Source of the DNA: Nageia nagi
Lineage: Eukaryota; Plantae; Pinophyta
Direction of reading: 5' to 3'
DNA: 64,000 nucleotides
Assembly (NCBI GenBank): GCA_050084985.1
Contig: JBITNC010000001.1
Coordinates: forward strand, 98,208,001-98,272,000
Positions 1 to 13,110 of this stretch are shown here, piece after piece. The position numbers and the translations under genes were made by a program. The notes under the pieces are model-generated. The model did not search any database. It saw only the letters and a program-made list of their open reading frames with translations, and had not been told where the DNA came from. Position 1 is the stretch's first letter. Every line of letters starts with the position of its first letter.

Positions 1-1394
1 TGTGATAGATATTTTAAGTTATGAAAATCCACATTAGCTCCAAATAAATAACAAGGCACATTTTGTTAAAAATCATGCTAATACATAACACAATTATGAA
101 TCCCTTTTTCAACTCAATCAGCATCCAGAATAAGACATTTAGGGTGAAACAGCCATAATGTATACAATTACAAACACTTGAAAATAGGCATGTAATTTAT
201 AATTTGTTCTTTAATATGTTGAGTTAGTATTGTCTATTGTGTATCTTCAATAAAATGTTGAAAAATGCAAATCAAAATGTACCAGCACTTTTCATTCTCT
301 ACAATCAGCTCGATAAAACAGACCAGTGTTACATAGGATACTTGTTTACCACCCTGAAAGGGTTGTATCCTTGTGTCCCCATTTCTGGACACAAGGAAAT
401 TCCATATGAAACATTTCCCACTTTCAATTTTGTTTTCAAGCCAGATAAGTTTTCCCCTCTTTGGAAGAGGCATTCCCCCATTTTGGGAACGTGGTAACAC
501 CATCGAGAACGTCTCCCTACCATTCCCTTTTCGAGGAACAACAAGAAGACGTTCCCAAGAATGTTCCTTGTTGGAGGGGAGTCGTTTCCGAACAGCACAC
601 CCTCAAGGAACGGCCCAAGAACGTCCCAGCCATTCCCGAGAGCAGTCGAGGAACAGCGCAGTCGAAGAACAGCCAAGGAACGACTAGTTGTTCCTCAACC
701 ACTCTTGGGAACGGCTAGGAGTTCCCTCCAAGAGATGGGTGCACCCTAATAACGTCCTGATCGTTCCTAGGACAGCAAGGGAACGACTAGTTGTTCCTCA
801 ACCGCTCCTAGGAACGGTTGGGCATTCCCTCCTAGGGAGGGATGCCCAACCAAAAAAAAAACATCTGGCACTTGAATTTTAAAAAACTCAACTTAAAAAA
901 GCATGGGATGGGTCCCACTAATGTCCCCACTTCCACAAGCCTAATTGCAAGTTAATAAAGCATTGCAAATTGAAAAACATAACCATGTTGTTTGTGTGCA
1001 GCTATGAGAAGAAAAAAACGACGAGGAAAAAGACAACAGTGAGGTGGAGCAAGACTGCCTAAGGTACTTAACTACTTCCTATTTTTCACAATTTGTATTT
1101 TTTATTTAATTATTTATTTACCTTGTTTATTAGATACCAAAAAGTGAAAAAAAAAAAAAAAAATCATTTTCCAAAATCCAGAATGAATGAAAGTGAAGGC
1201 TTTGATTCAAAAAATGAAATGGGGGAGAAAACCCAAATGTCCAACAAGAACAAACACAAAGTTTTGGAGGGGGCAATAGTACCTCCAATTTGAGCATTCA
1301 TCCTTGTTGTTGAAAACCTTTGCCAAAGGAACATATAATTCCAAGAAACTTTTACTTCAATTCGTTATAAACAAAAACCATAGGAAAAAAAATT

Positions 1395-2450
1395 TGGGGA
1401 GGGAGAACTAGGAAATGTCATTTTTGTTCTACTAAATTTAAGAGAAGTTATACTAAAGTTGAGTCACAATGTCACATCTCACAAATAAATTAGAGGTAGG
1501 GGTGAGAGTGTGTCAAAGTATAAATAAATTTCAGTTTGCAGAAACCAATAGGCTTGTGCAAGAGGCCACACTTGAGCATCAAGAATTCCCATATCTAGTT
1601 GACCTAGTCGAGCATCTCCTACTACCCATGCATCATCATCTTCTGTACAACCTTCTTCTTCTAGTTTGTAGAGTCCTACAATGACCCCCTCAAGAAAAAG
1701 AGGGAACATAGCTGATGCATTAAACTTACAAGCAAAAGAAATGGTTGATGATTATGTATGTAACTTTTTTTATGCACATGGGTTGCTTTTCCATCTTGCA
1801 CGCTCACCTTACTTTATGCATTTGAAAAAATAAAGGATGCAAGGCCTTCATATCTACTTCTTGGGGATACTAGACTTTGTATTAGCCTTTTGGAGAAGCA
1901 ATATGCCAAGTACTCTCTAATGATGCAAACATAGGTGAACCGTGGTTGTTCCATAGTCATGGATGGGTGATTAACATTCGTCAACATCCACTCATCAATA
2001 TCATTATGACATGTTCAGATGGTCCTTTTTTTCTTCAGGCTATTGATTACTCAAGGAAAAAAAAGGATGTATAGTTCCAATTGCTTCTATTGAAGGATGC
2101 TATTGAGGAGGTTGGACCTTCCAATGTTGTGCAAGTAATCACTTTTAAGTTTAGTTTTACTTTACATTGTTGTTGTGAATTTAAATGTAAAGGCCAAATT
2201 GAAATCTTATTTGTTTTAAATATTTAATATTTTATTTTTTTTGCTGTCTTGTAAGTCATTATAGAGCAACCCCTATTTGTTAGCATGCAGAGAAATTGAT
2301 AGAGAGCACTTACAAACACATTTTTTGGACCCCATATTGTGTACATTCATTGAATAATGTATTGAAAGACATCGGGAAGATAACAAGGATGAAGAACATG
2401 GTTGCAAAGGGTAGAGACTTGCAAATGTTTCTTTGCAACCGTCACACTTC
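1395..2450 (+). pseudogene. hAT transposase remnant (BED finger / DUF659-type region)
   Basis: Broken frames give GGGTRKCHFC, NFFYAHGLLFHLARSPYF, CSIVMDG, HPLINII..CSDGPFFLQAID, IEEVGPSNVVQVIT and KHIFWTPYCVHSLNNVLKDIGK. Confidence 0.85.
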
Positions 2451-5400
2451 TGTTGGGGTGCTTTTCTTTCCCGCGCCAATCCTTTGAAGATCGTGTGTAC
2501 GATTTACGAGCCGCCCAACAACATAGTTGGGAATGCGTTACCAATTCCCCCGTTTGAAAAGGACTAGGTAACTCCAAGGCTCTTGTTGAAACACCTTGCC
2601 CAACGACCCCAACGTTGTGACGTTGTAAGGTATGTCCGCTAGGTGTGTTTTCTGAATAGGGATAGATAAATAAAAGTGCAGTATCCCTCTTTGGAATCAG
2701 CCTCAATGGAATGGAATGAGAAGTAGCAGTGTGTTAACTAACATTGTTTTATTTGATGTATAGAGTTTATTCAAAATATCTATGTGGATTTAACGATTGT
2801 ATTTGGTTTTGAAAGCATAAATAAAATATTGTAAACTAAGAGACTACACTTGTGAAAAGGAAACAGATACTTGGTCAGATACCAAACAAGTCACCACGAT
2901 GAAGCATTGTCTAAAAAGTTCATCCTTTTCGGATCAGTTTAGGGATTTCATCCAATTCATCTAGCTTTGCGAACAAACAACTATGTTCGAGTTGTTCCAA
3001 AGAGGAGTGGGGAGGAATGCCGATTGCAAGCAATCAAATGGACGTGGTGGAAGAACGTGAGAAGAACAAGAGTTTGGATGTAAACCTCAAGTTTGATGTC
3101 ATAAAATAGGAAACAAATTCAGAATACCTCATCTAGTGCATGCTATGAACCAAGCAATTATCAAGGACTGATTTCCAACACTTTAAAGAATAAAGCAATG
3201 ATACATTCCCTAAAACTCTCAAGTTTTCAAAGGAAGGACGCAAAACTGCCAAACGAGCAATAATAATCCTTAAGAAACAATTCACAACATCACAAATGGA
3301 TAAACAAGCTCAATCTTTGCCTTAACCACTTTGTATTAACTTATAAAAGAGTTGTGCAAGGATACATCAATTTGCTCCTTTTTTACAAAAGTTTCACTTT
3401 TTTCACAAAATGAGCTCTAGTGAAAATGAGACCCCATGCCACTTATTTATAGGCAAAATTAGGTCAAATACTCAAGTGTTGCCCTAATTTCTAGAAAAAC
3501 ACTAAAATATTAATTTAAATGCTAAATTGATATTACAATATTGTTTAGTGGGAGAACAATACTCATCCCACTAAAATATGCTTGAAATAAAATATTTACA
3601 AAAATTGATGCCCTTTGGAGCGGATCTCGAGGCACTTTGCATCAATTTGGCAAAATTTGGAGCTTCAAATAGCCATTCCGGATCTGTTCGTCTGTCTTTT
3701 GAGCTCCTTTCATCAGTCTAGATTTTCCCTTGATGTGATCGTTCTCGCAAATTTTGAAGGAATTCTGAGAAAATGTTCCAAAAAAAAGTGAATTTTTGGT
3801 CTGTTTTTTGAAAAAGATGGGGGGGTCCGAAATTTGGAAAAAAAATTAAAAGTGGATTTGACCTTATGGATGGATGAAAGATGGGATTTTAAGGTTTTGG
3901 GAAGTTTTGAGAGGATTTGGAGCCTTTTTGCATTGGATTTGAGGGTTTTTCATGAGGAAGCATTTTGGAGGCTCCATAAGGTATTTTTGCATTTTTGGAG
4001 TTTTCCACTCATTCCCAATGTTGAAAAGAAAGGCCAAAGGTGGGAAAACTTGGAAAATGAGCACCTAGGCATTTTGGGCATGATTTTCCTCTTTTTTCAA
4101 AAATTTCAAATGCCAAAGTGCTTGAAACCTTATTCCACACATAATCTTCAAATTTCTTTTTTTTTTTTTTGAAAAGGTGAAGATTTTCAGCCTTTAGATC
4201 TTGGATCTTGAGAATTTTGTGTGTTTTTCTTCACTTTTTGGATCAAAATCACTTCTCTTCACAATGGAAATGGGTACCCAAATCAATCATCAAAATTGAT
4301 TTCTAAAATTTTGGATCTTAAGTCACAATTTTGAAGATTTGAAATTTTCTCTTTTTTCTGATTTTCTCCATTTTGGGAGGGCAAATCCATGATTTGAGGA
4401 ATTTTTCTTGTCCAAATCATGCACTTGGAAGACCAAAATGGTGTAGAATTGAATTTTGCACCCCATGAAGCTCACAAATTCCACTTTTGACAACTTTTAA
4501 GCCTCCTTGATGCTAGGCGCAGGTTTTAGGAGTTTAGGCAAGTTTTTGGAAAATTTGAAAAATGAGGGAAACAGGTCAAAACTGCTGCCTAGCTTTTTGA
4601 GGGACTAAACTTGATTTTTTTGCAACATTGCAAGAGGCAATGTTGATCTCTTTCGAATTTGACACCCTAACTTTCTTTCCAATTTTGATTTTGAGAGTTT
4701 TTGAAAAATTTGGAAGATTTTAGAGCTCTCCCATTGGCTGATCCAAATTTTGGGATTTTGAAGGAGTAGATCAATGAATGAGATGCAAAATTGGATTTCC
4801 CATGCACCTAGGACCAAAATTTTCGATTTTTGAGCAAAAATAGGCCCTTCCAAGCTAGGCACAGGTTTTGAAAGAATTAGGCAAGTTTTGGAAAAAATGG
4901 AAAATGATGGAAAAGTCTCAAAACTGCCACCTAGGTTTTTGAGGGGCAAAATTTCATATTTTTGCAAAATTGCAAGAGGCAATGTTGCTTACAATTTGAT
5001 TTGCCACCCTACCTCATTTTTCTTTTTTGATTTGGCCAATTTTGAAAAATTTGGGAAAATTTTGGAGCTCTCTCATTGGCCAATCGAATTTTGATGATTT
5101 GAGGAAGTAGATCTCATTTTTTTTGGAAAACTCAAATCATCAAACTTGTGTGAAATCCCCTCCTATACCCCATGAAGATCAAAAATATCACTTTTTTGCA
5201 ATTTAGGGGCACAAGAAGGGTAGGCGCAGGTTTTAGGGTGTTTAGGCCATTTTCAAAATTTAACAAACCATGGGAAACATGCCAAAACCAGCGCCTAGCT
5301 TTTTGAGGGATATTTTTTATTTTTTCCGAAAATTCCAAGAGGAAAAGTGCCTAAAATTGGGTTTGGCACCCTACCTCATCCTTGGATTTTCATTTGTGCA

Positions 5401-6662
5401 TTTTTGAAATTTTGAAAAAAATGGAGCATTCTTATTGGTTGTCCTTTTGCTCATTTTCCGTTTTTTTTTTCACTTTTGGTGGAGCAAAATTCATCAAAAT
5501 CGTGAACTTAAAAGACCACTTTGATGTAGAATCGTAATCCCCATGCTTCTGAGCTCAAAAATTGCCATTTCGGATCAATCTAGGTGCTCCAAATGGTAGG
5601 CGCAGGTTTTGAAGAGAATAGGCCATTTTTCGAAGTTTGATTGAGGGAAAACTCACAAAACTCCCCTCTAAATTTTCAGGGCTCAAAACTCGAGTTTTTT
5701 TGAAATTTCCAAGAGTAGAATGGCCTTAATTTGTCATTTGACACCACACCTCTCTCTCAATTTTCATTTCAAGCACTTTAAAAAAACTCACTTTTCGGGC
5801 TCAACCCAAAGCTTCTCGGATGCCAAAATGCTCATTTTCTGATTTTACCCCTCAAGGGTGCTCAAACTTGCTTTCCTCATTCATGCCGAGCTATATTGCA
5901 TATTCTCGACCTTTTTCGTCCTTTTTGGGTTCAAACGGTGTATTTCTGACCATTTCCGAGCTCTAAGTATAAATTTCAACCATTTCCAACTTTTCCAAAC
6001 ACTTCCGAGCTTGAACAGTGAGAAAACGATCATTTTCAATATTTCTGGCATTTTGAACTCAATCTTGCAATTTTGGTCAATTCCAAGCTTTCCGGGCTCA
6101 AATCGTGCAAAAACGCACATTTCTACTACACTGACCACTCCTAGGCTCAAAATTGACCAAAATGCGCTTTTTCGTGCTACCAACCATTTTCTGGCTCTTC
6201 AGGCTCAAAATTGACAAAAACGTGCTTTTTGGCTGATAGATGCCCTCTCCAGGCTCAATTTGTACAAAAATGCACATTTTCGTTATCTTAATTGTATCCA
6301 CTGCTCCCAGGCTCAAACTCGACGAAAAATGCACCTTTGGTCATCTTGGCACCTCTGTTGCTCAATCTTGCCAAGACAGCCCCACCTTTGCTGACCTCAT
6401 CTTAGAGCCAAGAAATTCGTGCTCTGTTAATAGCTCTCATATCCTGGTTCCTTGGCTACAAAACTGGCAGCTGGATACTCTAATACTCTTTAGGGTCTTT
6501 GTCGCATGATCCCTTGAACTGCTCCCTAATATCATGTTTTCACTCTTCATACTAAACAATCCGTCGCCCAAAAGCCACTCTCAAGGCAATGTACATCATT
6601 GCCTTTGCAAAAATAGGGTCCCCAAAATGCTACATCTTGGGGTGTGTTGTGCGGACACAACA
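2451..6662 (-). mobile_element. 4.2-kb solo LTR with perfect 5-bp TSD
   Basis: Starts TGTTG and ends CAACA; ACTTC flanks both sides (2446-2450, 6663-6667). No retroviral coding motifs seen inside. A CTATAAATA TATA-like box on the minus strand near 3445-3453 suggests orientation. Confidence 0.8.
4480..5760. repeat. About four diverged ~340-375-bp tandem subrepeats inside the solo LTR
   Basis: Anchor TAGGC(G/A)CAGGTTTT recurs at 4514, 4856, 5221 and 5597, each followed by similar sequence. Confidence 0.8.
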
Positions 6663-7172
6663 ACTTCATTACCCTCTTTCACTCCTGCTGTCCCCCCATG
6701 TTTCTAAAAAATGGGTCTTCATCCTCCATAGTTCCCAGATACACATTTCCGTCCCCGATACTCCATGTAACCTTGCAATAGACTTTAAGGGAGCTACCAT
6801 CTAGAAGGCTCAGTTCATGAGGGCATTATGCTCTAAATGTCAATTTCATGGTAGCATATATTTCTTGCAATGGATACTACTCATGTAACTCTTTGTTAAT
6901 GTTCTGTATTCCTTTTACAAACATATGTTGATTGAGCCTATATATCAGAACTTGATAACATTTATGAGTTACCATAATAAAATTTCTGGCTTAAATGAAC
7001 ACCACAATTCTAAAAATTATATAATTCATTGAAAAACACTGGAAATCCTCTTCAGGGAGTCTAATGAACAAAACTAATCAAAACCTACCCATTATTTTCC
7101 ATAGATAGGAAAAAAAGGTTGAGTCTTGCACAAGATTATTAAGAACTAATAGATTCATAGCTTAATATATAC

Positions 7173-7254
7173 CTGGTATTATTGCATAGAAGAAGCTGAT
7201 AGTCTGACTTGCTAAAGCCAAGTGCTTCGCTGTTATTGACTTTAATCCAGATAC
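7173..7254 (-). CDS. VPS54: VPS54 exon 13 (gene continues beyond position 1)
   Basis: TTAG acceptor, VSGLKSITAKHLALASQTISFFYAIIP, GTATAT donor; 82 nt. No further exon or stop codon recognised in 1..7172. Confidence 0.93.
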
Positions 7255-7939
7255 CTAATGTGAAGCAAAATCAAGAGGCAACAAAGCATTAATGTTAAAA
7301 AAAATTAAATATTCTGTGCATTCAAAATTTCAAATTGAAAAAATCCAACTACAAATTTTAAGCAAGCAACAGCCTAGTTTCCCCTTTTAAATGTCTGAGC
7401 ATATGCAACCAGAATTTGGAATTCAACAGAAGAGCTAGCAATTTTCTTCAGTTGTCATTTCAAGTGCGTTTTGAAATTCTACCAGGAAACCTCAGGTCTG
7501 CATGTGAATTCTGAAAAAACTAGATATTCTCTCAAAACTCTCCATGTTGGAAACAAAAACTTGGAATGATTCTGTACATACAATCTGAATATGTATTTTT
7601 CAAATATCTTATTTTGCTCTTGATTACCACTCATTATTGCAATCATAGTGGGGATGCTATTTTAAATATGAACTTACTTCAAGCGCAATTTGCTAGTTTG
7701 GCTAAGACTTAGCTTATGCTAGCTGACCATGTACAAGTTTATATGTCTTATCTCCAAGCCATGCTGATATATCTGTTATCACTGCTAAATCTGCCTTCTC
7801 TAGATCTATGGTTGCAATTTAATGCATTTGGCAAGGATTATCTACATATTTAAATTCCCCTTATTATCTTGGCTAGAAGTTCCTACACTCATGTTTGAAG
7901 CATATAGTACAAGTTTATGTTGGAGGTCCCAATCTTTTC

Positions 7940-8999
7940 CAAGGGTACCAAGGGACGCGTCCCCCACCCTAAAGACCCATTCTCATCCCCTTCCCATCCC
8001 CTATAGGAGGGGATGTCATAGGGGTCGTTTCCCTCCCATCCCCTTTTGTTAAGGGAGGGGATACCCCCGGGATGCTTCCCAGTTATGGAGACCATCCCCA
8101 AGGATGGCAGCCCACAGGGGATGCTGTGGGGACGGCCAGCAATCCTTGGAAACAGAAAAAGAACTCGGTATTTTTTTAAACTTTGGAAGAACATTGTTTT
8201 TTGACAAAGCGTTCCCCCTTCCTACAAGCCATATAATCAGTATTTGAAAGAACAGAATACCTACAACAATGTCAATATATTGACAAAGCAAATTGATCTT
8301 AGAATATTACCATCATTGTCATCCAGGGAGTTCTAAAGACAAACAAAATGACATATGAGCATCTTTCCCAACCTAAGGCCAAGTAACAAATAGGCCCAAA
8401 TCTTTTAATGAAGAAAACAATCTTTCCCAACCTAAGGCCAAGTAACAAATGGGCCCAAATCTTTAAATGAAGAAAACACTCTCAAGGAATCATGTATTGC
8501 AGCAAATTAAAACATATTCTAAACCATAAATGAATGATGATGTAGACCCTGTAGACATGCAGCAATGATGATTGTACAGAAGGAACACAATGCGAATGAG
8601 ATAACCTGGAAATGTAAATGAAACCACTAATGCTCCAAAATTGAAAGAAACAAGTCAGTTACAGAGTCAAAAATGTGAGACATGCTTAATGTTAAGAGAT
8701 GGGTTTGTAAGTTGAACTCTCAAGAAGATTCAAGCTTTTGTCATCTACTCTGGCTCCCACTTGTAAGAAAAAACTTGTGTAGACTGTAGTTGAGTCTTTG
8801 GGTTGTTTCAGATGTTACATGGGCACATAATCAAAGTCAATTTCAATGACCTAGAAAAGAAAAGAATTTAAAGAGAACTCATATGTTATGAGTTTTTAAC
8901 TCATAGCTAAAGAGAACTAAAATCGGCTTGTCCCCCAGCCGTTTCCTAAAATTGGCTTATCATCCGCAAAAACCTGTCCCCCTGTCCGTGACAACCTTG
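7940..8999. mobile_element. Non-autonomous hAT element (1,060 bp)
   Basis: Ends CAAGGGTACCAAGGGAC and revcomp CAAGGTTGTCACGGAC; perfect 8-bp TSD ATCTTTTC at 7932-7939 and 9000-9007; TCCCC-rich subtermini. Confidence 0.85.
8361..8478. repeat. ~59-bp tandem duplication
   Basis: ATCTTTCCCAACCTAAGGCCAAGTAACAAAT(A/G)GGCCCAAATCTTT..AATGAAGAAAACA occurs twice. Confidence 0.9.
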
Positions 9000-11069
9000 A
9001 TCTTTTCAATTTAACCTTGGTTATGAGATTAGCTTAACATTTTTGCGAATGCTTTCTAACACCAGCTTGAAGCCATTTCATTCAAAAAGCCACATCTTAA
9101 ATTATGTCTTGGAGTGTTTCCAATCAAGATCAAGCTTCTCAAGGTTCTATATTTCTAAGCATGTTCATGAGTGTATTCAACTTTTAAAAAGTAATTTGTT
9201 CTGTGAGATCAATTATGGCAACAAACCTTCATTTTGAACATTAAATGAAACCAGTAAAAAAAAATTCTCACATTTTTTACCAGTATAACTCATTACCCTC
9301 TGTAGTATCTTTGCATTATCATCCATGGAATCTCAATATATTAACTTGTAACAATAACATAGTCATGTGGCTCTTCATTTAGTGTTATCATTTGAAGAAC
9401 TTTATCAGAGATGAAAATTTTTCACACTGTATTGAAGGTTGGGTAATAGGGTCTCTGTCGTTTTCCAAGCAATGAAAGAATGCTAATGCCTCAAACATAG
9501 TGGAATATGTCTGTTGCCTTAAACCTGGGTTCCAGATCAAAACATTCATGTTGCTATTTTTAAAAAAATAAAATTTTGAAAATGCACAAGTTTTAGCCCT
9601 ATTCTATCCTTTTTTTTCTTATCTAAAAGTAACAATATTCACATTGTGAATATCAATTGGCTTCCTGCAAGTAATTGATTTGCTATCCCAGCACCAAGGT
9701 TGCATAATTGAAATTTTTCTCAACATGAAACAATGCAGGTTCCTGTAAGATCTCAAGTGCAAATTACCCAAATTAAATCAAAATACAATCAAACATACAC
9801 CCACATCTGGACTAGGGCATCAAAATCATGCAAATACAAGCCCAGAATGTCGACATCTTACTTAACAAGCGAGAATAACACTCAAATACCCAACATCATG
9901 CACAACAAGAAAATATTGCATCAAAAGCACACAATGAAGAAACAAGAATGATATCCAAGTATGTCATGACCTCAATTAATGATAGAATGTGAAGTACTAT
10001 ATGAACCAGACCCAAAAGGGCTCAACGTTGGCCTCCAAGGAGCCAACTAGTGCATACGAATATGCAAATGTGATCACTTATGGAACAATAGATGGGGCAG
10101 CTACACTCCCCCAAGATCTGAATCCTCTCCACCAAAGGAGCTCTCTCCAAACCCTAGAAACCAACTGAATGGTAGGATTGCAACCTCGGAATACCACCGG
10201 ATGGACTAAGATGCTACACCTTAGCCGTAGATTAGCAAGATCCCTCAGCCTGCTAACCCTCCTAGATGTTGTACCTAGGAGAAGATTGCTTGACGCGGTG
10301 CCAAGACTTGTGTACATTGGATGGTAGGAGAAATAATATCAATATCAGTATATCCATGCAATGATGCTCCAACGCCTAATATAGCTCAAGTCTAGATCTA
10401 GATTATCACCTCGGAATCATCCATGCCTCCCCTATCCAACGTTAGCCTCCTAGGGGCCCTCAAATGCCTCAAACATGTCATAAATGCTCATGTGTGGGGT
10501 TTAGAGTCTCATCATCCGTATCGCAGACAAGACAGAGTTGACTGTATATGATCCCACGCAGCATAAGTATTTAATTGAACTCATCAATATCAAGGATGCC
10601 AAAAACAAAACCACGTTGAACAGCTCAAAGACATTTCTGATCCTAGAACTCACAACCAAGCGACAAATATATTTATGTTTCTCTTCGTATCATCATGTAT
10701 CCAGAAGCTAGCCCTTTTGCTTGGGGCTTTGTGCACTTTAAGTATGCTTCAAGGCATGCATTCTACACGAATGCCATCTTCTAGATATTAGCCCTACCTC
10801 TTTTCAGGACTGTCCCATCTCATAGTTATCTTCTTGGTCTTTCTTTTCAAAATACTTTATCACAGGCCCTAGAACAACCACAGGTTTAAGTTTTCACGTT
10901 AACAAAGTATCTGAAACTGTTTATCTTCTTGAACAAAAGCTGATAGCAATGTACAGTAAAAAAATGGAGCATTGCATTTACAAACTTCTGGTTCCAATGC
11001 AAAACTTGCTGGATATGCAGCAAAAACTTAAAGAGATGACTTTGAGGATTTACTTCAGCTGCACACCCG

Positions 11070-11750
11070 CATTGATGACAGTTGTTGGTTACATCACGTA
11101 TAGATCGCTATACCTCTTTTTGCAGATGACATGACCCTCCTTTCTCAATCTCCTAAGAGCCTTCACAGATAGTTGGATGCACTTGCTCAATTTTCCAAGA
11201 CTAGACAGCTGGAAGTTAATCTCAGTAAAAATAAGGTCCTGATCTCTCAGACCTTTAAGATGCTTTTTCCAGGTTCCAATTCCCCTATAAAGGGTAACTA
11301 GTTGAGATCACTACTGCATACATTTACCTGGGGGTTCAGTTTTCTAGGCCATCTTTAAGCCTGAAATCACACCACATTCACGTTTGTGCAAGAAATATAC
11401 TTCACTCTCCATCTTGGAATGTCAATGTTTTCAAATTCACTTCCAAAACATCCCTTCAATTCAATACACTCATTAAACCCACATTTCTTAACAAATTAGA
11501 GATTTGGAGCCAAGCTTTGAACCTATTGAGTATGCACTTATTGAGAGGGTTCAAACCATCATGTTTCAACGCATGATTCATTGTAAACAAACAGTTCCTT
11601 GGTGTATTGTTGAGAGTGAGTTTGCTAAACAACCACTCCATCTTGAGAGCATATTTAGGCTCACATCCTTCCTTCATAGACTCAGGTTGCTTGGTGATTC
11701 TTCTTTAGGGCACAAGAGGTACCCATTTCTAGCACCATGTTCCATAGAGA
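11070..11750 (+). mobile_element. Non-LTR retrotransposon RT fragment (RTE/RTEX-like)
   Basis: LFADDMTLLSQSPKSLHR*LDALAQF..RQLEVNLSKNKVLI, YIYLGVQF, then IERVQTIMFQRMI..KQTVPWCIVESEF. Confidence 0.75.
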
Positions 11751-11751
11751 G

Positions 11752-12143
11752 GCTTGCTTCGTTAGGTCTCACTTGCCACAAACGATGTAGCCTTAGTATG
11801 CTTCTCCAGTGCATTGGCATCTCTATCAATTTTCCACCATTCAACTACCCACTGGACGCTCCCCTTCACTTCTCCACGGTAAATCCTCTTGATAAATCTC
11901 TATGATGGTCCAACACTTTGCCCTACCCTGTACAGAGACTTTCTTTGCTTGCTTCGTTAGGTCTCACTTGCCACAAACGATGTAGCCTTAGTATGCTTCT
12001 CCAGTGCATTGGCATCTCTATCAATTTTCCACCATTCAACTACCCACTGGACGCTCCTCCTCACTTCTCCACGGTAAATCCTCTTGATAAATCTCTATGA
12101 TGGTCCAACACTTTGCCCTACCCTGTACAGAGACTTTCTTTGC
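11752..12143. repeat. 195-bp near-perfect tandem duplication
   Basis: Unit GCTTGCTTCGTTAGGTCTCACTTGCC...AGAGACTTTCTTT starts at 11752 and 11947; I saw one substitution. Confidence 0.95.
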
Positions 12144-13110
12144 CTGCTCATTCCAAAACAAATCATTGAACAATCAATTAAGAGAAGAGAATGCAGCTTA
12201 GTGGGAAAATTCTTGGGAACTCACCGAAATTTAGATCTCATAAGGAAATGGATTAAAGAAAAATGGAATTTGAAAGGGAAGGTCGAAGTTGCAGCAATGC
12301 CAAACAGCTCCATGATGTTTAACTTCACCTGTACGGAAGATAGGGACAATATTCTATGTAGAGGCACATGGTTCTTCAGCAAACAAGGGCTTTTTCTGGA
12401 TAAATGTCACCCAAGTTTCAATTCTTTTAAAGAGCAGATTAGCTAGCTCCAATCTAGACCAGTCTGCCTGACTTGTCATACGAGTTTTGGCATTACAAAT
12501 TTTTCGAAGGAATTGCAGAATCTTAGACCTGGCCACTAAGGAAAAAAGAGTCAAAAGTTGACTAGAGCAGGGAAAGATGATCCATAGACGCCAACCACAG
12601 GTGGTGGAAGCTGAGAAAATGGAATAATCCAGGGCAGAGCCCCCCACCATCAAATTGACTAGGAGTTCCAAAAAAACTGCAGATGTTGGTATAGACCCAA
12701 AAGGAAGGTCATCCTCTGCTGCCACCCAAGCCAAAGATATTGCCAACAGCACCCAAGGAACGTTGGATTTGATTGGGGGCAAAGCACCCCTTAAACCCAA
12801 CAAGAAATGGAAATCATACTGCTACAGTTGTTTCAACTGCAGCAGACCCAAGTGCTGCAGTCGTTACAACTGCAACAGAGCTAGCTGCTGCAGTTGATTC
12901 AACTGCAGTAGACCCCGCTGCTGCAGTCGGTGAACCACATAGAATAGTTGGTACAGAAGGACTCTGTTGAAACACTTTTGAGCATTGACTGTTTAAAATG
13001 ATTAATCCTGTGTAAACAAGTTTTAAGACCCTGTTCAAAAAACCTCTCTCTGCAAACAGGTGTTGGGACCCTGTTCAAGAAAACCCTCTTTTTACCAAAT
13101 TACCAAAAAA
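11752..13110 (+). mobile_element. Internally deleted L1-type LINE (ORF1 DUF4283 region plus A-rich tail)
   Basis: ORF 12084..12446 SLVGKFLG...IRKWIKEKWNLKGKVEVAAMPN..MMFNFTCTEDRDNIL..GTWFF is typical DUF4283. It is followed by a GCTGCAGT low-complexity tract and ends in ACCAAAAAAAA near 13110. The 5' boundary is inferred. Confidence 0.7.

Larger units (their letters stand above)
324..6775 (+). mobile_element. Degenerate hAT DNA transposon, internally deleted and interrupted by a solo LTR
   Basis: Imperfect TIRs CAGTGTTACAT (324) and revcomp CAAGGTTACAT (6775). Flanks AAACAGAC / CAATAGAC match 6/8, consistent with an 8-bp TSD. GGAACG-rich subterminal repeats at 480-850; transposase remnants inside. 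Confidence 0.75.

Noticed and set aside
373-882. Several overlapping short ORFs
   Set aside because: They arise from GC-rich hAT subterminal repeats; no recognisable protein.
3834-6509. ORFs of 66-125 aa on both strands
   Set aside because: They lie within the repetitive solo LTR, have F/K/L-biased composition and show no domain motifs.
9700-10520. LTR-like composition, and a CAAGGTTGCAT hAT-like end near 9695
   Set aside because: No matching second terminus or TSD found, so it could not be delimited.
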